Origin: Perkinsus chesapeaki ATCC PRA-425
Taxonomy: Eukaryota > Protista > Perkinsozoa
DNA length: 64,000 bases
NCBI GenBank assembly: GCA_013115145.1
Contig: JAAPAO010000049.1
Location: 1 to 64,000 of the forward strand
Reading direction: 5' to 3'
Of this stretch, positions 14,501 to 29,100 are shown piece by piece (positions within the stretch are counted from its first letter, which is position 1; every line of letters begins with the position of its first letter). The translations under genes and the position numbers were made by a program. The notes under the pieces are model-generated. The model was given only the letters and a program-made list of their open reading frames with translations. It was not told the DNA's origin and made no database searches.

Positions 14501-17500
14501 GGCACGTCGAAAGCCAAAAACTTGGCTAAGTTTACATCGTTGATGGCTCGAAGCATTAGAACCGATTCAGATTCCGTACCGTATTTCCGCTTCAAGTTGC
14601 CCGCAGCAACCAACACGGAGAAAACCGCACGCATACCGTAATCGTAATGGCTTTGCGATGATAGTTGCTCCGAGCACAGCTTGTAAGTCGTAACGATCTT
14701 TCGGGCTAAACTACGCGAATCTTCAAAGCCAAACGAATAGAGCTTTATCTCGGCAATCATAGCATAATCCGGAACCATCATTGCCACTGTTCTGAAGAGT
14801 GCCTTGAGATTATCAGGCAGATCAGACCTTCCAGCGTATCCAGGGTTCATAGTAATGAAGCTGTTACATGTCCACTTAATAGGCAGTATGCACCCCTCAA
14901 ACTCGAATTCAGTAAGTCTGGCCTTGATGGCTGTCTGGATGGTGAGGATCTGTTGCGCTACGACAGAAAGGACTTCAAGGTCTATTCGATTGAACTCATC
15001 GAAGCAACACCAGCCACCCGTAGCAGCAAGGCCCTTGAAGAACTTGCCCATCGCAATATAATCGAGACCGTCCGAACAGTTGAAAACTACACACATTCTC
15101 GCCAATGCCTTCGCCAGATCCTTCACAGTCTCGGTCTTGCCCGTTCCTGCTGGCCCTTCAGGAGCTCCACCGTATTGAAGATGAAGTGCACCGCACAATG
15201 TACGATAACATCTATCAGTCAATGGCGTGATAATCAGCCTAGATGAGTTTCCTAGAGCCTCGTAACCGTAGCCCAGATGGGAATTTGATATGCGGACGAA
15301 TACGTCATCGACATCGCCCTTCTTGTCTGCATTTTTCTCTACGAAATAACGCAACTGGACAAGCCAATCAAAGTCGTCTATCGAGGAAAGGCCCTTCCCG
15401 TGAAGTTCCTGTACGGTATCCTTGTTGTGGACGAAGATTACCACGAGTGCTTCAAGCGTGCAGCGCACAAGTCGTGGAATGTCGCCCCTCACTAGAGCTA
15501 CAATATCTTGTAGAAGGTTATCCATCTGTTGGAAGTACTTTCCAAGACCAACATTCCCTTCAGAGGTCAGCGCTGCCATGACCTCGCTCGTCCAGAATAT
15601 ATTGCCAACTGCTATGACAACTTGGCCTGGCCAGAGAGCAAGCCACTCAGCATACGACTTAGTCGGGTAGTCGGCTATGGAGTCGAATATGACCGCTCGG
15701 ATTGTTTCGAGCATCATCTCTTCCAACTCGACAAGCCAGAGCTCGACATTGCCTCGAGCAAGCATGGGATCCACTACTCGTTTGAGAGCAATACGCTCCT
15801 TTTCTACTGACAGCATTGCGGTGATCTTCTTGTCATCCTCGAAGTCTAAAGCCTGAATACCCTCGAAGGCCTTTCGCAAGTGAGGCTGCACTCTGACGGG
15901 ATCCTTGGTCTCCGATAGGATCTCCAAAAGTTCGTCGTTGGACAGGAAGAAGAATCTTGGGAACTTGAGCCTCTTGGACTCTAGGTAGTCATTAAGGCCT
16001 TTTTGAACTCTTTCGAGCTGCTCTTGAGACTTCTCCAGCATTTCCAAGATACCCTCCTGCTTGAACACTTCCAAGGCTGCTGGAGCCTCCTTAGACCGTT
16101 CCATCATATCTCGCCAAGCCGTATCAACCTCCTTGAACAGTGCGCCTTCAGTTGGTATCTGTTTCATTATATCTTCAGACCCGAAGATAGGCTCCAGATA
16201 TAGCCACACCCCCTGGACCTTGACCCACACCTCGATAACACTGGTAGCCTGCATTAGGAACTGCTCCCAGTCGGTAATCCTTTCGGCAAAAGGCTGAGCC
16301 GATGGACTCCCCTTCATTGTCTGAGTCTTGATGATATGATCGTCAATAAGGCCCTGGACCTCATCCACGGTTGCGCCAGATAGAATGAAGCTGCCAGTCT
16401 CCTTCCACGGCTTGAACTCGCAGGTGACGGGCTGCCATTCTGTCTGTTGCGATTCTAGTGAGCGCTCGATCTGGTATTCTTGAGAGGCTCTATCACTGAC
16501 ATCAGCCAGGTCCTTGGAGTAGGCGCCCATGTCAAGATCCAGCATCTTCTGTAATGTCGTGGTCTTGTCCTTAGCTATGGTGAATCCAACCACTGAGGAT
16601 ATTTCAGCCCAATGCCTCCCTCGCAGACCAGGATTGCATAGAGCCTGTAATAGCGGCAAATGCTTCTTAACTTCATCTAGGCCACTTTTAACGAAGGTCG
16701 CTGCCTGAAAGATATTCATGAGTTAATTAGGCGACAAAGGGTTAGAAGGTGTTCGTTGAAGCACCCTAGCGTGATAGCATACCTTCATAGGAACCTTCCT
16801 TCCATCTTGTTCGAACGTGGCTTGCAGTTTGTATGCACTCCGCCACATAGTCATAGTCTCCGTTTCGACTCCCTCAGCATCGAGCTGGAACATCGCCCCC
16901 TTATACCAAGCGTGCTTTTTCAGACCGTATTCTCTGACCAAGTTCCAAAGCTTGTCATACACTTCTAACTCAGCTTGGCACTCCTCCACGATCTCGAACT
17001 CCGTGATATCCATTCCCAGCAGGCCTTCTAGCGAGTTAATCTCCTCCCGCCGATCAACATACTTCTGCATTTTCGCCTTCAAAGTGTCTAACCGATCGCA
17101 ATTGTCGTCCGCAGTATTCACATCACCGTAGTCGGCGAACCGCGCGATAACGGTCTTGAACATCTCTAACTCGGCGACAGTCTTGTCCCGTCGCTCGCCC
17201 AAAGCCTGCTCGATGTCATCCCTGGTGAACTCAACTTGCTCAATGCGCTCCGGTATCATATCGGAGATGGCTGACAGGCGCACACCGGCCTCGTGGACCA
17301 ATCGCAAAGTCTCAGCAGAGGCGCTGTAGTCGCAATCGAAGAGCACGTTAAGCCAATGCCGAATGTCCTTATATTCATCCTCGTAGACTGCTTGACCGTT
17401 CTCGTCGAAGTCATCTAGCTCTTTCTCCAGATCAACCAGTGCTTGCTCCGTCTTGGGGACCTCCTTGAAGCGAGCCTCTAGCACCTCAACCGCGGAGGTG

Positions 17501-20500
17501 AACTTCCGGCTTCGGTCTTCAATCCGTTCTATCAAAGCTGACATCACAATATCAATACACTGCGAGGCTTGCTGACAAAGAAGCTCGTTAACCTGCATGC
17601 ATAGAGGCATTGAGACCAGGAAGCTGTTACAAGACATGCCAACCTCTGAACAGTCTGTCGCCATCAATGCTGTCCGAAGCATCGGGAGACAGTTGTCTAA
17701 GACATTCCGTTTGGCTTCCCTCAGCTTCCGTATGTACCTAGGACATAGCAGTATTTCGAGGGGGCCAGAAGAGTTAGTCTCCTCCTCACTCTATTATGGA
17801 ACTAGCATCCACCTTGGCTGAGGGCGTATTATCCTCCTCCTCGCCCAAGAGATCCGGGATCTGTTCCACTAGGGCAGCTGTTTTATGTGCGCGTCCAACC
17901 TCTGTAAGGAGGCTCAAGTGAGGCTTATACCTGATTGTGCTCGTCTTTGCAATTCCAAGTAGCCATACGGTGACGTACATGCCGAGTACTGTAGCAGCTG
18001 CATCTAGGCACTCCCGAACGACCGACTCCGCACGCTTTAACAACGAAGTTATGTGGGCTTCTCCAACAGCAACCTGGCTCCATGCATCGTGAGTCGGGAA
18101 CAGAGGCGCTCACCTACCTCGTAAAGGCTTGTTCTATGCTGGGCTGCCGCCTCTGCAGAGAGGGCCGATGCAGCTCCCTTCATGTCATTGAAGGCAATGA
18201 CGATATCCTTGAAAAGCCTAGTAAGGCGCTCCTGAGGTAGACTAGGGGACACGCCGCCCCTTATATGCTACTTACTTGACAATAGTCTGGAGAGTACTTC
18301 AACTTCACAGTGTTGCCGTCGACAAGCAACGTGTTGAGCAGAAGTGCCTGGGGCTCATCTGCCGCGTCGAGGGAGACCTCCGCGACTGCAGGATACCTGT
18401 GGAAATGGTGCCAACATTCCGGCCACGTTGCTACTACTCACCTCAAGGGCGCCTCATCGCCTCGACGGAAACTCTCGAAGAACGAAGTGAAGTCATCACA
18501 ACTGCGTTCTATTATCGACCGTAGCTACAATAACAGCACTGCCTAGTCTTCTGCCACAGGTCTGTGTGGTTACCATGAGGCTCATTAGGTGGTTGGATGC
18601 CTCTATTAGACGATCGGTATCATACGCCACCCACCCGGGCATATGCACTGGGAACCCTTCCGTAGCTGTAAGCGCTGCACCTACATCAGATATGCGACGC
18701 CGCTACATGAGCCAAACTTACCTGGGCTAGAAGGAGTAGGCGGAACGCCCGCGTCCTCAGCCGCAGGATCCTCCAGCGGACCTCTCGACGCTGCCAAAGC
18801 TGGCTCCTTGCTGATAAGCTCCGCTGCCCTTGTCTGCCACTCTTCTGACATGTACTTCACTTTCGCTTCCAAGTACCTTAAAGGCAACTGCACCCCATAC
18901 AGCAAAAGTGACATACTGGGACTGGAGGAACTGTGCTCTTTCGATGTCCACTAACTCATCTACTTCCCCCAAGCCGAACAAGGTAGTCTGGAAAGGCCCG
19001 CCTTACTAAACACGCCAGGTTTGCCTTTGAGACTAACCTTATTGTAGTTGCCCTCGAACCACAGCTTTATCATTTCTGTGCAGAGGGAACTCGACGACAC
19101 AAACCTGCCGTCACTCAGCAGGGCTCGAGAATGCTCCACGAGCCGACGCCAATGGTCCGTCGGCGGTCCTCCAAATGTCATAATGCCTCCCACCTGACGG
19201 GGCACGTGATAGGCAACTACTGTGTGTGTTCGTACCAAGAAGGCGTTGGCTCCAAAAGGTGCAGGAGCTAGAGATGGTGTGAAAGGAATGGATAGCCTCC
19301 GTCGATGGAAGAGGTAGCGGAGATTGTACTCCACTATGGCTCTCCTCAAGGCGGTGATGTAACCATTGAGGACCTGGTCAACCAAGCCTTCCGCAGAGTT
19401 GGCCAGGTGACTGACCTCTTCCTCCATCTCATGTATCCGCTGGGCATAATCGACGTTTTGCCACAAATGAGTCTGGCCATCCATCTTGGCCTCCACGCGA
19501 GTGAGAACTTCGCCTTCTATCGGGCAAAGGTCATCTAGCGGAACGCCCCAGCTCTTCGAAGGTGTGCTAATGTAGAAGTTGAACCTGAGTAAGGTATCGT
19601 CCGTAGACTCGAGAGCTTCATCCCAGATCCTATACCTCGCTAGAATGTTCTTGAAGGTGCAGTCGTCTACGCGCCATCTAGCTAGGGTCTTGCCAAGCCG
19701 TGAGTCATGAGCCACGGTTTTCAGCAGCTTAGAAGATTCCTCTAGATCGGAGGGCAAGTCAGGTGGCACTAAGGTGTTCCATAGCCGTTGTTGTAGGCGC
19801 CCTTGCATGCGAAGCTGAGCCTCCGTCGAATTCCAGGCCTCAGCCTTATGTTGAGACCAACTGAAAGGCCCGCCATTGCTAGCGTACGACTGACTCGAAG
19901 CTCACATGAGGCCGGCCTTCCCGGGCCGGGTATCCATCTCTAGGAGCATACTCCATGGAGGAGCGTGATAGGAGCCTATCTCAGCAACCAATGAGGGGCG
20001 GACAAGACAATCCTTGAGCCTGCGGTAGAAGGCCGGTTAGAAGATGCCTTCATCTTGGGGAGAAGCTGGCTTACGGTGCGGCGGGCGTCCTAGAGAAAAC
20101 GTCCAGTAGAGGTGGCATCTCCGAGACTCCAGGCGGGGACTTTCGCTGATCCACAGCAAAAGAGGTATTGAGCAGCGTTGCTCTCATAGCCTTCGGCAGC
20201 CTGCCTCGACCGACCACTGTACAAGCAGAACCAGACTCATCCGATAAACGTTCACCAGCGACTCACCTATAGCATTGAGCTTCCTCTCTCCACTCATTCC
20301 TGAGGCAAGTGAGAGGCCAGGAAGAGACATACTGGCCCGCAGGCTCCTCGAAGCTTGATGGTCCTCTAGTTTTTGGGCCAATCGACGGGCCTTCTCCTCG
20401 ACTAGGTGCCGTATTGTGAAAGTCTCCTGATGGGCGCTGGGATGATGGAGGCCTCTTTTGCGAGATGGAGACTCGGCCAAGCGGAAACTGACACCAACGC

Positions 20501-20638
20501 TCTTCGTATACTTCGTGAAGGCCGGAAAGGAACTCCAATAGTAGTTGCGAAAATCAAACGAAGGTTAGTAGGATCGGTAGGTTCTGGTGGAGACCGACCT
20601 GTCTCCGCGGCGCTCGGCCGCCTCTTGATTAGTGACAT
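5506..20638 (-). CDS. Axonemal dynein heavy chain, single-headed inner-arm class (DNAH3/7/12-like), multi-exon
   Basis: AAA1 [11 protein letters not shown]2 [11 protein letters not shown]3 [11 protein letters not shown]4 GVGGSGRQS, stalk/MTBD (DYWPNAKK), AAA6 [11 protein letters not shown] and [18 protein letters not shown], and C-terminus YNCPLYK...TTGHSTNFV...[15 protein letters not shown] (TGA at 5506-5508). Spliced reading can be followed upstream to ~20.5 kb; the true start is uncertain. Confidence 0.97.
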
Positions 20639-20649
20639 TCGCTAGGTCG

Positions 20650-22076
20650 TGCTCGATGCCCCGGAAGGAAATTTCACCCGAAGTAGTATCTGACAAGCGA
20701 GCGATGGATGAAAGGAAGATAATCCAGGACTTCCCTACCGATAGTGAGCCGGCCAACTGGCGTGAAGTCTATATCAACTGAATGCCCTTTGAGGACCGCT
20801 GTAAGTATGTACTCTGAAGCCTTGCCGAAGAAGCTAGTGACGAATTTGGATACCTAACGGTGACAACGCTGCGCCACTGCGGCAACACAAACCACTCCTC
20901 ACAAGCTCCGTTCCACCAAGAGCGGCGATGCTGTCAATGGCGTCTACGTTGAGCCCTCTATGTGGCCCCTTAGGTGGACCGAGGTGAACTCCGTCACCCA
21001 CATTCAAGCACCCCCCTCGAAGGGCCCCCTCGTCAATCCACAATATAGGTCTAGGACAGTTGGGGTCTCCGTCAGAGCCCAGGACCAGAGTCTGTGGGGA
21101 ATTCAAGGCTACGCTGTGCCCAGCCGATAGCTCCCTCGCTAGATATACGCAACTGGCCTGAAGGCATCGCACTGAAGGCCTCACTAGACTGCCCCATAGC
21201 CCTAGTCCACCTTGAACATCCGAAGGACCATGTCAGGGCCCTCGGATTCACCTTCATTTGGATCTGCCGAGTCTCGGCCTAGAGCCTTGTATCTGGCAAC
21301 GAGGACATCAGTTTCCTAAGTACCGATTGTGCTACGCATCATGAAGGATACGATCGGTATCGATGTGGCTGCGCCATCCACTAGAAGACGGCCGTCGACT
21401 GCTTGAGCGTTGCCTTTGGAGCTTATGTCGACTTCCCGGCACGGAATAGCTCACCGGCGTTGATGTCGGCGATGAAGAGGACATTCAAACGGTATGAAAG
21501 GTCCGTCACTGTTACGCACAATAAACCCTATCCGGAGCGCACAATCGTCCCGCTAGTCGATCATATACGTCAAACGCGACTCAGGGGTCGACTCTGTATC
21601 ATTGACTTCACAAACCGATTCATAGAGATTTTTCGATTGACCTTCCCCCCTCTAACACTCCTTTGGATGTAAGTGACTAACCAGTTGATTGACAACGCAA
21701 TGCAGACCTCATCAGGCTTGAAGAGACTCTAAACACCACTTTGTAGCCGCTTTTTGAACTTGTAAACATAAAGCAGCTCGCCACGCACTTGCCGTTTTCC
21801 AACACACTCTCCAGAGCAGTCTAGATCCTGGAACATTTGGCACACTTCGCTCGGACAGTTTTGCTTCTCCAATAGGAAGTACAGCACGGGCACGGTGGAC
21901 TCGTCTCTTGGTTGAAGCAGCTCGGCAAACACCGGAATCTGATTCATGTATGTAACTACTGGCAACCTTTTCTCAGGGATGCTCACCATCTTGTCGATGA
22001 CTTCTCGGCCCCTGTGACCGCCTGCCCAGCTCGCTTCAATGCCCGTAGAGTTGCACTCCTCAGGTGGCGATGGCAC
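20650..22076 (-). CDS. Unidentified multi-exon coding region directly upstream of dynein (separate gene or dynein N-terminal extension)
   Basis: ORF 21729-22076 plus further short exons bounded by GT-AG (e.g. VSKFVTSFFGKASEYILTAVLKGHSVDIDFTPVGRLT). No recognised motif. Confidence 0.35.
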
Positions 22077-22900
22077 CTGAAGCAGCAGCAGCAGCCTTAG
22101 TCAGCTTGAGGGCCGGGCTTGAGCCTTACGTATGGAGGATTGCAAATGATAATGTCCGGACGATACCGGAGCCATCGAGGACTCTGAATAAAGTCCCCTA
22201 CCATGACGTCTATCTGAGAACATTTGTTTGTGCCGCAACCCGAGGAGAGGGCTCACTTTTGGCCCGACGCCCACGGCACGCGCTGTCTTCATCGTGGCCT
22301 CGCAAGCTCGTATATTCACATCAAGTGCCACCGACACCGCAGAGATGCCAACTGACTGAAGCGCTCGAACCAAATAGGTTGAAAGGACCTGGCAGGCTGG
22401 TACGTCCACGAACAGGCCGTCTACCAGTGAAGGCTCACCCCGCTGCCGGGCCCCACTTCCAGGATGCATGCTCCGCTGCCACTGAGAGTGTCCATCGCCG
22501 ATGCTCTTTCTATCTCGTCGTGAAGCACGTCGAGGAACAAGTACCTTAGAGAGGAGCGGTAGGAATGAGCACGCTCACGTTACTCTGTTACGTGTCGTCG
22601 CTGGGCGGATAGAACGTAACACCACTTTCGGGATCGCCATCACCAATCTCAAAGAGCTCCGGAGATGTGGGCGAGTATACCGGCTGCTGCCGCCACCGAG
22701 ATGCCATGAATAACAGGCTGAATAACTGCACCCTCTGTGGTGGTGGAAGACTGTTCGGGCTCTACACCAAGCACTCCGCCTTGCACGGATTGGACGTCGC
22801 AGGCAACACACCGGAACACCATCCGGCTCCAGGAGCATGGCGTTCGGTTATGTTGTGTTCGAGCAGCTCTGGGAATCGGTAGCAACGCAAGACAGATGAG
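22070..22900 (+). CDS. Hypothetical multi-exon protein, divergent from the upstream minus-strand gene
   Basis: ATG near 22070 (MAPEAAAAALVSLRAGLEPYVWRIAND) followed by exon-like segments. Structure not resolved. Confidence 0.25.
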
Positions 22901-22939
22901 CTAGTACAACATTGTGTATACTTTCAACAACGATTATGT

Positions 22940-24960
22940 AGTCACATGTTTGACTCATTCGGCATTAGCCGACACTAAAGGTGATGTTGCCTTATCTACT
23001 GCTGCTTGCATTCCTGCCTGTAATATCAACTTCAAACACCCCCACAGCCACCGAGGGCAGTCCAGACTCTGCTATGTCAACGGTGGACAACATGTACCTG
23101 ACCTCTGCCCTCCAATAGCAGCTCAAAAGACTAACCTACCGTTGGGCAGGACCAAGGCACAGTATCAGCCTGTAGGGTTCGGTATCGCTGCCCAAGGCTG
23201 CATTCACCACTTCAACGCTGGGGACTGTGGCCTCTATTGTATACAGCCTCCAGTTGGAGAGAACACCGGACCGAGACTCTGGGTGGCTCGCGGAGGCTGA
23301 ATGGAGCGCAATGGCAAGAGGAACATCTGATAGCAGCCGAGCCTCTACTTGCTATTATTCTTCCTTCAACGCTTAGTCCACCATCCTTGCCGACCGCCTT
23401 GGAACCCTGATCGAAGATGGCAAAATGTAAGCAGCTGCTGCCACCGCGTACATCCCCATAGAGCTCCTCGTCACACACCAGCATCATGTTGAGCTTATCG
23501 GCAGAGTACTGAGGAGGCGACTGCGTGCTACTGAAATGGACAGTGTTAACTAATAAATCAAGTAATTGAGTAGTGACGTATAGACAAGAGAGTAAGATAT
23601 AATAATGGTGGAGTACGAAACAATTTCACAATCCACCAAGTGTAAACAACTCACTCCAGTAAAGTTTTGATCTCCGAGTTGCCAACGTTCTTAGGCTGGT
23701 GGATCTGATCGCACAACTATAGTGACCATTCACAAGTGTAGGAGGCCTTACCAGCACAGCACGCCAGCACTCAACGTTGCGTGCATTCCATATGTGCAAT
23801 ACCAGTTCGATATTTTCCCTCCCGCTCACCGACACCCGCCGAAGATCATCGGACATGTTGTCCAGCTCCAAGTTAGGACTGAGTAGCAGACATGTTACAG
23901 CTGGCACGATTGGGCCATCTTACCCTCGGCGGCCCAAGCCTGTATAGACCTTGAGGAGATCCTCTAGTTCCTTACCGGGCGGGGGAGGGAACAGGTGCAC
24001 CGTGCTGAGGAGGAAATAGTATGAAGGAAATGCCGACAGAGCCTGCCTACTCTTCGCTGATATAGGGCTCATGACAAGGCCGGAACACTCTTCTGTCCTC
24101 ACCGATGGTCTGGGCAATTGCCTCACACAGAAGTGGCTCCAGCTGACAGCGACAAAGCGATATATTTATCGAGGGTAACCAATCCTACCAAGCTCCGCTC
24201 CGTCTCGAGCCTGTCGGCGAGGCCTACCCGCTCCAGTGCCTCACGGGAGAGGCAGCATTTATGAGCTTTCCCCACTCCTCGGTGAGCACCAGTATCTTAG
24301 GTCGCCAACTGCATCGACACAAAATCTGTCCCCTCTCCCTTACAGACATCCCAAACTGTGTTCGGAAGGGCCCAATACGCCAGGTTGTGCTTCAGTGATG
24401 CTCTACAGAGGGATGAGCAGCTGTCCAGGCTCCAGTCACACTTGGACGAATACTTCACTGGCAAAGCCTGGTGAACCGTCGTTTGCAAGCCAGTAGTGAT
24501 CCATGGCAGGCTCACCGGTGTCGATTGGAGCGCCTCTCCACAGTCCTTCTGTGAGTTGCAGGAGCTGCAGAACTCCATAAGAAAGCCATACCTTACCTCA
24601 AAGCATGTGAAGGCCCAAGGATGGTGAAGGTCTTACCCAGTGCTCCCCTCCATTGCCCTAGGAATGCACGCACCAGACTGGGCCGAAATATGGCAGCTTG
24701 CCCGACACGATCGGGACACGCAAGGCAGGTACCTAGACAAGGCTGCCAGAGAGTCAGCGTTAAAGGAGAGGGCCACCTAGAGTCCAGGAAGGTGTCTGGT
24801 GGAAAGGTGCCATCGTGGCCATCTGGTACATCGGCGTCCTCGATTACCGTTACTGTATTGATGTGCACGTTAGTTGAACCAGCGGCATACAGGCTTTGGG
24901 TAGGCACCTCACAATAGGTATCTGAAAGATATGGGATAGCTGATAGGGAAAGTGCAAGGA
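22940..24960 (-). CDS. One or two hypothetical multi-exon proteins
   Basis: Chain of short ORFs (24593-24907, 24297-24578, 23920-24126, 23626-23907, 23212-23487) separated by GT-AG intron-like gaps. No family motif recognised; boundaries approximate. Confidence 0.3.
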
Positions 24961-25093
24961 AAGGTGGTAGGCTGCACTAGAAGAAGATCCCACCAAGTGG
25001 GAATATCAGAAATTATCAACTTGCTAATTTACACTTATACTATCAAGTGCCCTCACCAAGCCTACAGCAGAGTCTAATCATTATACAGAGCTA

Positions 25094-26097
25094 CTATAAT
25101 ACCACTTTAAGTGCTAGTACAGCAATGTCTATAGTACACAGTATGAGGAATGTAACTGATGACAGGTTCAGGAGAGTCCTCGGAAGACTGCCTTCCTCGC
25201 GCGCTGCGTTATTATGGACTTCTCTGTATGTTGAATGCAGCACGAAAGCCTGTTGAGATATACTCAACAGCGTCTTTGATTTCGTGGGACCATCGCGTGG
25301 GCCAATCCCAACATCCATACTACCACAGAAGGTGTCAATTTCATGACCCTTATCTATCCAGCCCGAACGGGCCTCCTCAAAGGCAAGATACAACAGCCTG
25401 CTAGTAGAGCATCGGGACGCCATCCCCTAACAACACAACTCTCCTGTCCCTTCCCATCCCACGCCTCACTTTGTGAACACCACTGACATCAGGCCCACAC
25501 AGCATTGGACAGAGCTTCTGTGGATGAGTCACTTCGCCTCTCTCAAGAAATCCAGCTGTCATCTCCGAGCCATTACGACCAGAGTGAGATGCCGACAATA
25601 GGCGATAGGCCTCAGGGTTAGATAGGGCTAGGGAGACCACACCCGCAACAGAGAAAGCCTACGAGAGTGAATGACAGAAAACAAGGAAGCGCAGTGCTAA
25701 CCCATCGAGAACGGTCCAATGCCTCCTGGGCCATATCGGCCAGCCTCGCCTGCCGCACTCCTGGCTTCATAAGAGCAATGCTACGCATGTCCAGAGGCCC
25801 CCAATACGCTGATACCGGCACGCTGACCTCTGTTGTGATATTCTCTAGTATATTCAATAACTACCACCAGAGTTCTAAGGTGACCATAACCAGGCGCTCT
25901 ACTACCGGGCTTTGCTGTCCCACAGTGACGTTACTGTGGCAGTCCTGATGAGCATCTGGTAACTCCCTCAATGCACTGCCTGCATCCTCCCCTATCAGCC
26001 CAGCTAGAATACCGTCACCTTTGCCTCTAGCAGAGCGCAGTTGTGATACCGTGAGGTCAATTGACGAAAGTGAAATGAGTAGCAGCAGTAGCAACAT
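25094..26097 (-). CDS. Hypothetical secreted/type I membrane protein
   Basis: Signal-peptide-like MLLLLLLISLSSIDLTVS, several spliced exons, and a hydrophobic C-terminus VTFLILCTIDIAVLALKVVL. Confidence 0.45.
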
Positions 26098-26199
26098 GGG
26101 AAACTAAGCCTATCCGAAGCCACTCCAGCCGATCCACACAAGACACCATGGCAGCAGCTAGGAAGCCTTCACATGCCCACATTACAGCCCATGAACCCC

Positions 26200-29100
26200 T
26201 TAGGGAAGAACGGCAAGGGAAATACAGCAGCAGCTGCTCCCCTCTGAGTCCCGAACCCTACCACCACTCCTCACTGTGTCATTACTACCTCTCCTTTAGC
26301 GCCAACCATCTCTGCGTGGTGTAGGGGCGTCGGTCCTATGCCGCATATTCTTACTGCACCTGCGTGGAGGCGTCCAATCCTCCTTGCGGCCTCGATGTCC
26401 TCGTTCGAAGTCCTCTACTTTAGTATAGTTCTATGTGAAACTGCTGGCCCTTCACTTTCCTAATTGCTCCCTGTATCGCCCTACTCGCTGATGAGTTTTC
26501 AGAGTCAAAATGAGCCCCAGCATATTGACAATTTACTTCTAAACCATAGTGCAGCATTTCCACCAAGAGTCCCTCTTAGTTTAGTGGCTTCAATCTATTG
26601 GAATCGCGACAATATCTTCCGCCCCAGCTCCCCGTGTCCCAGCCCTATACTACCCTCCGTTAAAGGTGCTACCACTCTTTCCACAAATCTTCGCTTGCAC
26701 TCCTCCAAGTCACCTATATGAGCTACAAAACAACACCTCAAAGCCAAACAGAAGAGTACTCTGATATTTCCCTTTCTCCCAATACCGTCCGCAATGGAAC
26801 TCCTCTACCGTCTCCTTCGCTCCCCTAATCGTCAACTGCATCACCTGCCACAGGCCTCTCATCGCCATCCACCGCACCCACACAGCTACTAATGAGGCAA
26901 AAAGCTCACACATGTTGTCCGCCAAATCAACAACAATAACTTCAGTAATAAGGTCACTGCACCGCACAAACACACCCGGAATGAACGCCTTCTCATTAGC
27001 CTGCTACAGGCAATACTCAACACCCACTGAAGAACCTGCCTACCCGGAAGCCTAAGGCATATCTATCATCATATGACCTCAACGGCAGCCACTTAATACG
27101 CCTTCCTAAAGCCCAACTACGCTATATAGATAATGTAAGCATTACCATCTACTCTAGGCCAGGCGACAGCTGAGCCATTCAGACCTCCGTCCTGGCCTCG
27201 ACTCATAACCCTAAGCAATACCTTCTGCACTGATCCCCTTAAAGTATGACCTTCCTAGCCACTTTAATAGTGATCCTTCTTTACTGTTGCTGCTACACGA
27301 CTGCATACTCAGCCAGGTGCCCTCTTCCACCTACAGCAGCAACCGCCCACTAATGACCTATCCGCCCTTTGCACAGTTATCCATGAGCCTCAGGTTAAGT
27401 AAAGAGAACTCTTCTAGTACCGTAATACACGTATCGGCAGTCATGATTCCCGGTGATAGAGCCCTTGTCAGTCGCACACGGATCGATTTCCTCCGTGTAC
27501 GGTAACATATCCAATGGTACAGAGGTATATGGAAATCGATGTGTTAATTATTTTTGTATTCGTAGTCCTTCATTAATATCCCACTCACTACCATAACAAG
27601 ACTCTCCTCTGCCGACATGCTGCCATCAGCTGCTAGATTAGCGTATCTACCCGACACCAATGGTGAGTGTCCATCATTTGGCTGCTGCCTCAACCAACTG
27701 AATGTATCCTCTCCCAACTGCCGCATACACCGTGCATGGTTATAGTTCAGCTTTGGATGACTTGGTACCTTTAAATGAACGCTACAGCGACATATCGAAC
27801 AAGACAAAATGAAAGTCCGCCTCCTCTTCTTCCTGCTTCAGGATTACTACTGACATGGTCTTCGTGTATTATTTTCCACTGCTCCCCATGCCCACAGAAT
27901 ACCTCTTCAAATCTATGCGCTCGCCTACGTGAGCCTTCGAGTTTCGCAAAGTCCCGATCTACACATTTGGTATCACTAACTAGTGTATTATATGTGACCA
28001 TTAGGCGAGAACATTGCAGTGCTGAGCTGGTCAGGTCCCCCGAGCACTTCTTGCACCTCAATGCCCGTGCATCAATACCATTTCCAGGCCTTCTGTAGTA
28101 TCCTGCATTGCCTCTTTGACCTTATCCATCCTCATGAAACATAGTGCTCTATTGCCTATTTAAAACACTGCACCACTACATCCCTTGTCACCCCTCACTC
28201 AGCAGCAAGGCTCGCTCGGCTTTATCGTTGACTGAGCCACATTCGTCCAGTAGCCTGGAGTACACCTCCACACAGTCGGAGATCCTAGGGGACAGGAAGG
28301 GTCTATTGAGCAGGAGCTCCGGGCCGCGGGCTACCGTCCCTCTTTCCAGTACTGTTTGGCAAGTTCTCTGGAGGGCGTCATTCACAAAGGCACTCGATTT
28401 AACCTCGAAAATATCTTGCGCCGGCAAAAGCGCGCGCCCTTGACGGTGCGGCTGGTGGGAATGAACCAGACAAGGTGATGGTAGAAACGAATGAACTATA
28501 AAGAGTCAAGCACTTGAAAGGCATCACGAACCACTCTAGCTGACGCGTCGCACAGCTGGCCGGCAGCAAGTATCTTATGTCGAAGCGCGGACTTGAGGTC
28601 GGCAGGATTGGACGTACCAGTGCAACGGAGCACTACCGAGCAACACGCCTCCGCTGATCCCTGAGCACGCATCATAAAGAAGAGGATATCAAGTTGACCT
28701 ACTTCGTATCTTTTTATATCCTCATCACCTATCATAGGCATGACATTTCGTACCAGAGCCATGCCCTCTAGACCACGCACTGTAGTGAAGTACCTGGCAG
28801 TCTGAGGATAACCAGTCGAAAGTCTCAAGAGTGATATCACTCAGCCGTATAGTGGCCCGGAGCGCTGTGCTGCGGTGTCTTATGCACCATCCGCTCCAGG
28901 AACGCTCCTATCTCCGGATGAGCCTCCCCCGGCTGCAGCTGGCGCAGGAGCCATCCAAAATGTGACCACGGATAGTAGGCGAAGTCATGCTTCAGTGCCT
29001 GCCAGGCATTCCTCGACACCACCAGCATCAGGAGGCCTACCACCGCCTCTATCAAGTCCAGCTCAGAGTGTATGTCCCACTCTTGCGTCGGTATCTCGTG

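Noticed and set aside
10012-17131. Numerous plus-strand ORFs opposite the dynein
   Set aside because: Antisense shadows of long coding exons with no independent motifs.
26700-28840. BRCA2/CTC1-like OB-fold assignment for the large unknown gene
   Set aside because: Only vague resemblance; diagnostic motifs such as ELTDGWY were not found.
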